Assembly: GCF_009914755.1 (NCBI RefSeq)
Contig: NC_060937.1
Direction: 5' to 3' (one strand)
DNA: 64,000 nucleotides
Origin: the human T2T-CHM13v2.0 reference genome, Homo sapiens
Shown here: positions 1 to 12,700 of the stretch, piece after piece
How positions within the stretch are numbered: position 1 is the stretch's first letter
Layout of the letters: every line of letters starts with the position of its first letter
Notes under the pieces: model-generated
Database searches by the model: none
Told to the model about the DNA's origin: nothing
The model's input: only the letters and a program-made list of their open reading frames with translations
Made by a program: the position numbers and the translations under genes

Positions 1-3000
1 TATACTGTACAAAAAATATCAAAGTACCCAAAGCATGTATTATATGCTGTACATTAAATATGAAAGTACATCAAATATATATTTTATTCTGTACATAATA
101 TATCAAAGTACACCAGATATATATTCTATAGTGTACATAAAATATCAAAGTACCCAAACTATACATTATATACTGTACATAAAATATGAGATTACATCAA
201 ATATATATTATGTTAGGTACATAAAATATGAAAGTACATCAAATATAGATTATATACTGTAGATAAAATATCAAAGTACCCCAAATATATATTATATACT
301 CTACATGAAATATCAAAGTTCACAAACTATATATTATATACTGTACATAAAATATCAAAGTACCCAAGGTATATATTCTATACTGTACAAAAAATATCAA
401 AGTACCCAAAGCATGTATTATATACTGTATATAAAATATGAAAGTACATCAAATATATATTTTATTCTGTACATAAAATATCAAAGTACACCAGATATAT
501 ATTCTATAGTGTACATAAAATAACAAAGTACACAAACTATAAATTATATACTGTACATAAAATATGAAATTACATCAAATATATATTAGGTACATAAAAT
601 ATGAAAGTACATCAAATATAGATCATATACTGTACATAAAATATCAAAGTACCCCAAATATATATTATATACTCTACATGAAATATCAAAGTTCACAAAC
701 TATATATTATATACTGTACATAAAATATCAAAGTACCCAAGGTATATATTCTATACTGTACAAAAAATATCAAAGTACCCAAAGCATGTATTATATACTG
801 TACATAAAATTTGAAAGTACATCAAATATATATTTTATTCTGTACATAAAATATAGAAGTACACCAGATATATATTCTATAGTGTACATAAAATAACAAA
901 GTACACAAACTATACATTATATACTGTACATAAAATATGAAATTACATCAAATATATATTAGGTACATAAAATATGAAAGTACATCAAATATAGATTATA
1001 TACTGTACATAAAATATCAAAGTACCCCAAATATATATTATATACTCTACATGAAATATCAAAGTTCACAAACTATATATTATATACTGTACATAAAATA
1101 TCAAAGTTCCCAAGGTATATATTCTATACTGTAGAAAAAATATCAAAGTACCCAAAGCATGTATTATATACTGTATATAAAATATGAAAGTACATCAAAT
1201 ATATATTTTATTCTGTACATAAAATATCAAAGTACACCAGATATATATTCTATAGTGTACATAAAATAACAAAGTACACAAAGTATAAATTATATACTGT
1301 ACATAAAATATGAAATTACATCAAATATATATTAGGTACATAAAATATGAAAGTACATCAAATATAGATTATATACTGTACATATAATATCAATGTACCC
1401 GAAATATATATTTTATACTCTACATGAAATATCAAAGTTCACAAACCATATATGATATACTGTACATAAAATATCAAAGTACCCAAGGTATATATTCTAT
1501 ACTGTACAAAAAATATCAAAGTACCCAAAGCATGTATTATATACTGTACATAAAATATGAAATTACATCAAATATATATTTTATTCTGTACATAAAATAT
1601 CAAAGTACACCAGATATATATTCTATAGTGTACATAAAATATCAAAGTACCCAAACTATACATTATATACTGTACATAAAATATGAAATTACATCAAATA
1701 TATATTATATTAGGTACATAAAATATGAAAGTACATCAAATATAGATTATATACTGTACATTAAATACCAAAGTACCCCAAATATATATTTTATACTGTA
1801 CATGAAATATCAAAGTTCACACACTATATATTATATACTGTACATAAAATATCAAAGTACCCAACTTATATATTCTATACTGTACAAAAAACATCAAAGT
1901 ACCCAAAGCATGTATTATATACTGTACATAAAATATGAAAGTACATCAAATATATATTTTATTCTGTACATAATATATCAAAGTACACCAGATATATATT
2001 CTATAGTGTACATAAAATAACAAAGTACAAAAACTATAAATTCTATACTGTACATAAAATATGAAATTACATCAAATACATATTAGGTACATAAAATATG
2101 AAAGTACATCAAATATAGATTATATACTGTACACAAAATATCAAAGTACCCCAAATATATATTATATACTCTACATGAAATATCAAAGTTCACAAACTAT
2201 ATATTATATACTGTACATAAAATATCAAAGTACCCAAGGTATATATTCTATACTGTACAAAAAATATCAAAGTACCCAAAGCATGTATTATATACTGTAC
2301 CTAAAATATGAAAGTACATCAAATATATATTTTATTCTGTACATAAAATATCAAAGTACACCAGATATATATTCTATAGTGTACATAAAATATCAAAGTA
2401 CCCAAACTATACATTATATACTGTACATAAAATATGAAATTACATCAAATATATATTATATTAGGTACATAAAATATGAAAGTACATCAAATATAGATTA
2501 TATACTGTACATAAAATATCAAAGTACCCCAAATATATATTATATACTCTACATGAAATATCAAAGTTCACAAGCTATATATTATATACTGTACATAAAA
2601 TATCAAAGTACCCAAGGTATATATTCTATACTGCACAAAAAATATCAAAGTACCCAAAGCATGTATTATATACTGTACATAAAATATGAAAGTACATCGA
2701 ATATATATTTTATTCTGTACATAAAATATCAAAGTACACAAGATATATATTCTATAGTGTTCATAAAATATCAAAGTACCCAAACTATACATTATATTCT
2801 GTACATAAAATATGAAATTACATCAAATATATATTAGGTACATAAAATATGAAAGTACATCAAATATAGATTATATACTGTACATAAAATATCAAAGTAC
2901 CCCAAATATATATTATATACTCTACATGAAATATCAAAGTTCACAAACTATATATTATATACTGTACATAAAATATGAACTTACATCAAATATATTTTAT

Positions 3001-6000
3001 ATTAGGTACATAAAATATGAAACTGCATCAAATGTAGATTATATACTTTACATTAAATACCAAAGTACCCCAAATATATATTTTATACTGTACATGAAAT
3101 ATCAAAGTTCACAAACTATATATTATATACTGTACATATAATATCAAAGTACCCAAGGTATATATTCTATACTGTACAAAAAATAACAAAGTACCAAAAG
3201 CATGTATTATATACTGTACCTAAAATATGAAAGTACATCAAATATATATTTTATTCTGTACATAAAATATCAAAGTACACCTGTTATATATTCTATAGTG
3301 TACATAAAATATCAAAGTACCCAAACTATACATTACATACTGTACATAAAATATGAAATTACATCAAATATATATTATATTAGGTACATAAAATATGAAA
3401 GTACATCAAATATAGATTATATACTGCACATAAAATATCAAAGTACCCCAAATATATATTATATACTCTACATGAAATATCAAAGTTCACAAGCTATATA
3501 TTATATACTGTACATAAAATATCAAAGTACCCAAGGTATATATTCTATACTGCACAAAATATATCAAAGTACCCAAAGCATGTATTATATACTGTACATA
3601 AAATATGAAAGTACATCGAATATATATTTTATTCTGTACATAAAATATCAAAGTATACCAGATATATATTCTATAGTGTACATAAAATATCAAAGTACCC
3701 AAACTATACATTATATTCTGTACATAAAATATGAAATTACATCAAATATATATTAGGTACATAAAATATGAAAGTACATCAAATATAGATTATATACTGT
3801 ACATAAAATATCAAAGTACCCCAAATATATATTATATACTCTACATGAAATATCAAAGTTCACAAACTATATATTATATACTGTACATAAAATATCAAAG
3901 TACCCAAGGTATATATTCTATACTGTACAAAAAATATCAAAGTACCCAAAGCATGTATTATATACTGTATATAAAATATGAAACTACATCAAATATATAT
4001 TTTATTCTCTACATAAAATATCAAAGTACACCAGATATATATTCTATAGTGTACATAAAATATCAAAGTACCCAAACTATTTATTATATACTGTACATCA
4101 AATATGAAATTACATCAAATATATATTATATTAGGTACATAAAATATGAAAGTACACCAAATATAGATTATATGCTGTACATTAAATACCAAAGTACCCC
4201 AAATATATATTTTATACTATACATGAAATATCAAAGTTCACAAACTATATATTATATACTGTACATAAAATATCAAAGTACCCTAGGTATATATTCTATA
4301 CTGTACCAAAAATATCAAAGTACCCAAAGCACGTATTATATACTGTACATAAAATATGAAAGTACATCAAATATATATTTTATTCTGTACATAAAATATC
4401 AAAGTACACCAGATATATATTCTATAGTGTACATAAAATATCAAAGTACACAAACTATACATTATATACTGTACATAAAATATGAAATTACATCAAATCT
4501 ATATTAGGTACATAAAATATGAAAGTACATCAAATATAGATTATATACTGTACATAAAATATCAAAGTACCCCAAATATATATTATATACTCTACATGAA
4601 ATATCAAAGTTCACAAACTATATATTATATACTGTACATAAAATATCAAAGTACCCAAGGTATATATTCTATACTGTACAAAAAATATCAAAGTACCCAA
4701 AGCATGTATTATATACTGTATATAAAATATGAAAGTACTTTAAATATATATTTTATTCTGTACATAAAATATCAAAGTACACCAGATATATATTCTAGAG
4801 TGTACATAAAATTACAAAGTACACAAACTATAAATTATATACTGTACATAAAATATGAAATTACATCAAATATATATTAGGTACATAAAATATGAAAGTA
4901 CATCAAATATAGATTATATACTGTACATAAAATATCAAAGTACCCCAAATATATATTATATACTCTACATGAAATATCAAAGTTCACAAACCATACATTA
5001 TATACTGTACATAAAATATCAAAGTACCCAATATATATATTCTATACTGTACAAAACATATCAAAGTACCCAAAGCATGTATTATATACTGTACATAAAA
5101 TATGAAAGTACATCAAATATATATTTTATTCTGTACATAAAATATCAAAGTACACCAGATATATATACTATAGTGTACATAAAATATCATAGTACCCAAA
5201 CTATACATTATATACTGTACATAAAATATGAAATTACATCAAATATATATTATATTAGGTACATAAAATATGAAAGTACATCAAATATAGATTATATACT
5301 GTACATAAAATATCAAAGTACCCCAAATATATATTATATACTCTACATGAAATATCAAAGTTCACAAACTATATATTATATACTGTACATAAAATATGAA
5401 ATTACATCAAATATATTTTATATTAGGTACATAAAATATGAAAGTACATCAAATATAGATTATATACTTTACATTAAATACCAAAGTACCACAAATATAT
5501 ATTTTATACTGTACAGGAAATATCAAAGTTCACAAACTATATATTATATACTGTACATATAATATCAAAGTACCCAAGGTATATATTCTATACTGTACAA
5601 AAAATAACAAAGTACCAAAAGCATGTATTATATAGTGTACCTAAGATATGAAACTACATCAAATATATATTTTATTCTGTACATAAAATATCAAAGTACA
5701 CCAGATATATATTCTATAGTGTACATAAAATATCAAAGTACCCAAACTATACATTATATACTGTACATAAAATATGAAATTACATCAAATATATATTATA
5801 TTAGGTACATAAAATATGAAAGTACATCAAATATAGATTATATACTGTACATTAAATACCAAAGTACCCCAAATATATATTTTATACTGTACATGAAATA
5901 TCAAAGTTCACAAACTATATATTATATACTGTACATATAATATCAAAGTACCCAAAGTATATATTCTATACTGTACAAAAAATATCAAAGTACCAAAAGC

Positions 6001-6750
6001 ATGTATTATATACTGTACATAAAATATGAAAGTACATCAAATATATATTTTATTCTGTACATAAAATATCAAAGTACACCAGATATATATTCTATAGTGT
6101 ACATAAAATATCAAAGTACCCAAACTATACATTATATACTGTACATAAAATATGAAATTACATCAAATATATTTTATATTAGGTACATAAAATATGAAAG
6201 TACATCAAATATAGATTATATACTGTACATTAAATACCAAAGTACCCCAAATATATATTTTATACTGTACATGAAATATCAAAGTTCACAAACTATATAT
6301 TATATACTGTACATAAAATATCAAAGTACCCAAGGTATATATTCTATACTGTACAAAAAATATCAAAGTACCCAAAGCATGTATTATATGCTGTACATTA
6401 AATATGAAAGTACATCAAATATATATTTTATTCTGTACATAATATATCAAAGTACACCAGATATATATTCTATAGTGTACATAAAATATCAAAGTACCCA
6501 AACTATACATTATATACTGTACATAAAATATGAGATTACATCAAATATATATTATGTTAGGTACATAAAATATGAAAGTACATCAAATATAGATTACATA
6601 CTGTAGATAAAATATCAAAGTACCCCAAATATATATTATATACTCTACATGAAATATCAAAGTTCACAAACTATATATTATATACTGTACATAAAATATC
6701 AAAGTACCCAAGGTATATATTCTATACTGTACAAAAAATATCAAAGTACC
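1..6750 (+). repeat. Sub-array X (copy 1), rich in 373-bp variant units; near-identical to ~26011-32760
   Basis: ORFs from 305 to 6649 recur at +26010 (e.g. 564->26574, 2061->28071, 4855->30865) with shared private variants such as CCAACTT 1861/27871 and CTGTTATA 3281/29291. Confidence 0.9.
50..427 (+). repeat. Representative 378-bp 9-mer higher-order repeat (monomers A-I), the basic unit across the window
   Basis: Nine distinguishable monomers recur in fixed order: A GAAAGTACATCAAAT..TTTTATTC, B CACCAGAT..CTATAG, C CCCAAACTATACAT, D GAAATTACATC..TTAGG, E ..ATAGATT, F CCCCAAAT, G CATGAAAT..GTTCAC, H CCCAAGGT, I CAAAAAAT..AAGCATG. ORF starts 18043/18421/18799 are spaced exactly 378. Confidence 0.93.
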
Positions 6751-9700
6751 AAAAGCATGTATTATATACTGTACATAAAATATGAAAGTACATCAAATAT
6801 ATATTTTATTCTGTACATAAAATATCAAAGTACAGCAGATATATATTCTATAGTGTACATAAAATATCAAAGTACCCAAACTATAAATTATATACTGTAC
6901 ATAAAATATGAAATTACATCAAATATATATTATATTAGGTACATAAAATATGAAAGGACATCAAATATAGATTATATACTGTACATAAAATATCAAAGTA
7001 CCCCAAATATATATTATATACTCTACATGAAATATCAAAGTTCACAAGCTATATATTATATACTGTACATAAAATATCAAAGTACCCAAGGTATATATTC
7101 TATACTGCACAAAAAATATCAAAGTACCCAAAGCATGTATTATATACTGTACATAAAATATGAAAGTACATCGAATATATATTTTATTCTGTACATAAAA
7201 TATCAAAGTACACCAGATATATATTCTATAGTGTACATAAAATATCAAAGTACCCAAACTATACATTATATTCTGTACATAAAATATGAAATTACATCAA
7301 ATATATATTAGGTACATAAAATATGAAATTACATGAAATATAGATTATATACTGTGCATAAAATATCAAAGTACCCCAAATATATATTATATACTCTACA
7401 TGAAATATCAAAGTTCACAAACTATATATTATATACTGTACATAAAATATGAAATTACATCAAATATATTTTATATTAGGTACATAAAATATGAAAGTAC
7501 ATCAAATATAGATTATATACTTTACATTAAATACCAAAGTACCCCAAATATATATTTTATACTGTACATGAAATATCAAAGTTCACAAACTATATATTAT
7601 ATACTGTACATATAATATCAAAGTACCCAAGGTATATATTCTATACTGTACAAAAAACATCAAAGTACCCAAAGCATGCATTATATACTGTACATAAAAT
7701 ATGAAAGTACATCAAATATATATTTTATTCTGTACATAAAATATCAAAGTACACCAGATATATATTCTATAGTGTACATAAAATAACAAAGTACAAAAAC
7801 TATACATTATATACTGTACATAAAATATGAAATTACATCAAATATATTTTATATTAGGTACATAAAATATGAAAGTACATCAAATATATATTTTATTCTG
7901 TACATAAAATATCAAAGTACACCAGATATATATTCTATAGTGTACATAAAATAACAAAGTACAAAAACTATACATTATATACTGTACATAAAATATGAAA
8001 TTACATCAAATATATTTTATATTAGGTACATAAAATATGAAAGTACATCAAATATATATTTTATTCTGTACATAAAATATCAAAGTACACCAGATATATA
8101 TTCTATAGTGTACATAAAATATCAAAGTACCCAAACTATACATTATATACTGTACATAAAATATGAAATTACATCAAATATATTTTATATTAGGTACATA
8201 AAATATGAAAGCACGTCAAATATAGATTATATACTGTACATTAAATACCAAAGTACCCCAAATATATATTTTATACTGTACATCAAATATAAAAGTTCAC
8301 ACACTATATATTATATACTGTACATAAAATATCAAAGTACCCAAGGTATATATTCTATACTGTACAAAAAATATCAAAGTACCCAAAGCATGTATTATAT
8401 AGTGTACATAAAATATGAAAGTACATCAAATATATATTTTATTCTGTACATAAAATATCAAAGTACACCAGATATATATTCTATAGTGTACATAAAATAT
8501 CAAAGTACCCAAACTATACATTATATACTGTACATAAAATATCAAAGTACCCAAACTATACATTATATACTGTACATAAAATATGAGATTACATCAAATA
8601 TATATTATATTAGCTACATAAAATATGAAAGTACATCAGATATAGATTATATACTGTACATAAAATATCAAAGTACCCCAAATATATATTACATACTCTA
8701 CATGAAATATCAAATTTCACAAACTATATATTATATACTGTACATAAAATATCAAAGTACCCAAGGTATATATTCTATACTGTACAAAAAATAACAAAGT
8801 ACCAAAAGCATGTATAATATACTGTACATAAAATATGAAAGTACATCAAAAATATAATTTATTCTGTACATAAAATATCAAAGTACACCAGATATATATT
8901 CTATAGTGTACATAAAATATCAAAGTACCCAAACTATACATTATATACTGTAAATAAAATATGAAATTACATCAAATATATTTTATATTAGGTACATAAA
9001 ATATGAAAGTACATCAAATATATATTTTATACTGTACATAAAATATCAAAGTACACCAGATATATATTCTATAGTGTACATAAAATATCAAAGTACCCAA
9101 ACTATACATTATATACTGTACATAAAATATGAAATTACATCAAATATATATTATATTAGATACATAAAATATGAAAGCACATCAAATATAGATTATATAC
9201 TGTACATTAAATACCAAAGTACCCCAAATATATATTTTATACTGTACATCAAATATAAAAGTTCACAAACTATATATTATATACTGTACATAAAATATCA
9301 AAGTACCCAAGGTATATATTCTATACTGTACAAAAAATATCAAAGTACCCAAAGCATGTATTATATACTGTACATAAAATATGAAAGTACATCAAATATA
9401 TATTTTATTCTGTACATAAAATATCAAAGTACACCAGATATATATTCTATAGTGTACATAAAATATCAAAGTACCCAAACTATACATTATATACTGTACA
9501 TAAAATATGAGATTACATCAAATATATATTATATTAGCTACATAAAATATGAAAGTACATCAGATATAGATTATATACTGTACATAAAATATCAAAGTAC
9601 CCCAAATATATATTATATACTCTACATGAAATATCAAAGTTCACAAACTATATATTATATACTGTACATAAAATATCAAAGTACCCAAGGTATATATTCT

Positions 9701-12700
9701 ATACTGTACAAAAAATATCAAAGTACCCAAAGCATGTATTATATACTGTATACAAAATATGAAAATACATTAAATATATATTTTATTCTGTACATAAAAT
9801 ATCAAAGTACACCAGATATGTATTCTATAGTGTACATAAAATAACAAAGTACACAAACTATAAATTATATAATGTACGTAAAATATGAAATTACATCAAA
9901 TATATATTAGGTACATAAAATATGAAAGTACATCATATATAGATTATATACTGTACATATATCAATGTACCCCAAATATATATTTTATACTCTACATGAA
10001 ATATCAAAGTTCACAAACCATACATTATATACTGTACATAAAATATCAAAGTACCCAAGGTATATATTCTATACTGTACGAAAAATATCAAAGTACCCAA
10101 AGCATGTATTATATACTGTACCTAAAATATGAAAGTACATCAAATATATATTTTATTCTGTACATAAAATATCAAAGTACACCAGATATATATTCTATAG
10201 TGTACATAAAATATCAAAGTACCCAAACTATACATTATATACTGTACATAAAATATGAAATTACATCAAATATATATTATATTAGGTACATAAAATATGA
10301 AAGTACATGAAATATAGATTATATACTGTACATAAAATATCAAGGTACCCCAAATATATATTATATACTCTACATGAAATATCAAAGTTCACAAACTATA
10401 TATTATATACTGTACATAAAATATCAAAGTACCCAAGGTATATATTCTATACTGTACAAAAAATAACAAAGTACCAAAAGCATGTATAATATACTGTACC
10501 TAAATTATGAAAGTACATCAAATATATATTTTATTCTGTACATAAAATATCAAAGTACACCAGATATATATTCTATAGTGTACATAAAATATCAAAGTAC
10601 CCAAACTATACATTATATACTGTACATAAAATATGAAATTACATCAAATATATATTATATTAGGTACATAAAATATGAAAGTACATCAAATATAGATTAT
10701 ACACACTACATAAAATATCAAAGTACCCCAAATATATATTATATACTCTACAGGAAATATCAAAGTTTGCAAACTATATATTATATACTGTACATAAAAT
10801 AAAGTCCCCAAGGTATATATTCTATACTGTAGATAAAACACCAAAGTACCCAAAGCATGTATTATATACTGTATATAAAATATGGAAGTACATCAAATAT
10901 ATATTTTATTCTGTACATAAAATATCAAAGTACACCAGATATATATTCTATAGTGTACATAAAATAACAAAGTACAAAAACTATAAATTATATACTGTAC
11001 ATAAAATATGAAATTACATCAAATATATATTAGGTACATAAAATATGAAAGTACATCAAATATAGATTATATACTGTACATAAAATTTCAATGTACCCCA
11101 AATATATATTTTATACTCTACATGAAATATCAAAGTTCACAAACCATATATTATATACTGTACATAAAATATCAAAGTACCCAAGGAATGTATTCTATAC
11201 TATACAAAAAATATCAAAGTACCCAAAGCATGTATTATATACTGTACCTAAAATATGAAAGTACATCAAATATATATTTTATTCTGTACATAAAATATCA
11301 AAGTACACCAGATATATATTCTATAGTGTACATAAAATATCAAAGTACCCAAACTATACATTATATTCTGTACATAAAATATGAAATTACATCAAATACA
11401 TATTAGGTACGTAAAATATGAAAGTACATCAAATATAGATTATATACTGTACATAAAATATCAAAGTACCCCAAATATATATTATATACTCTACATGAAA
11501 TATCAAAGTACCCAAACTATACATTATATACTGTACATAAAATATGAAATTACATCAAATATATTTTATATTAGGTACATAAAATATGAAAGTACATCAA
11601 ATATAGATTATATACTGTACATTAAATACCAAAGTACCCCAATTATATATTTTATACTGTACATGAAATATCAAAGTTCACAAACTATATATTATATACT
11701 GTACATAAAATATCAAAGTACCCAAGGTATATATTCTATACTGTACAAAAAATATCAAAGTATCCAAATCATGTATTATATACTGTACCTAAAATATGAA
11801 AGTACATCAAATATATATTTTATTCTGTACATAAAATATCAAAGTACAGCAGATATATATTCTATAGTGTACATAAAATATCAAAGTACCCAAACTATAA
11901 ATTATATACTGTACATAAAATATGAAATTACATCAAATATATATTATATTAGGTACATAAAATATGAAAGGACATCAAATATAGATTATATACTGTACAT
12001 AAAATATGAAAGTACCCCAAATATATATTATATACTCTACATGAAATATCAAAGTTCACAAGCTATATATTATATACTGTACATAAAATATCAAAGTACC
12101 CAAGGTATATATTCTATACTGCACAAAAAATATCAAAGTACCCAAAGCATGTATTATATACTGTACATAAAATATGAAAGTACATCGAATATATATTTTA
12201 TTCTGTACATAAAATATCAAAGTACACCAGATATATATTCTATAGTGTACATAAAATATCAAAGTACCCAAACTATACATTATATTCTGTTCATAAAATA
12301 TGAAATTACATCAAATATATATTAGGTACATAAAATATGAAATTACATGAAATATAGATTATATACTGTGCATAAAATATCAAAGTACCCCAAATATATA
12401 TTATATACTCTACATGAAATATCAAAGTTCACAAACTATATATTATATACTGTACATAAAATATGAAATTACATCAAATATATTTTATATTAGGTACATA
12501 AAATATGAAACTACATCAAATGTAGATTATATACTTTACATTAAATACCAAAGTACCCCAAATATATATTTTATACTGTACATCAAATATAAAAGTTCAC
12601 AAACTATATATCATATACTGTACATATAATATCAAAGTACCCAAGGTATATATTGTATACTGTACAAAAATAACAAAGTAGCAAAAGCATGTATTATATA

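Noticed and set aside
2568-2792. Recurrent 74-aa hydrophobic minus-strand ORF (MYSLGTLIF...)
   Set aside because: It exists only in the eight copies of one satellite haplotype where a SNP (TCAA->TCGA) removes a stop codon. It is a by-product of duplication.
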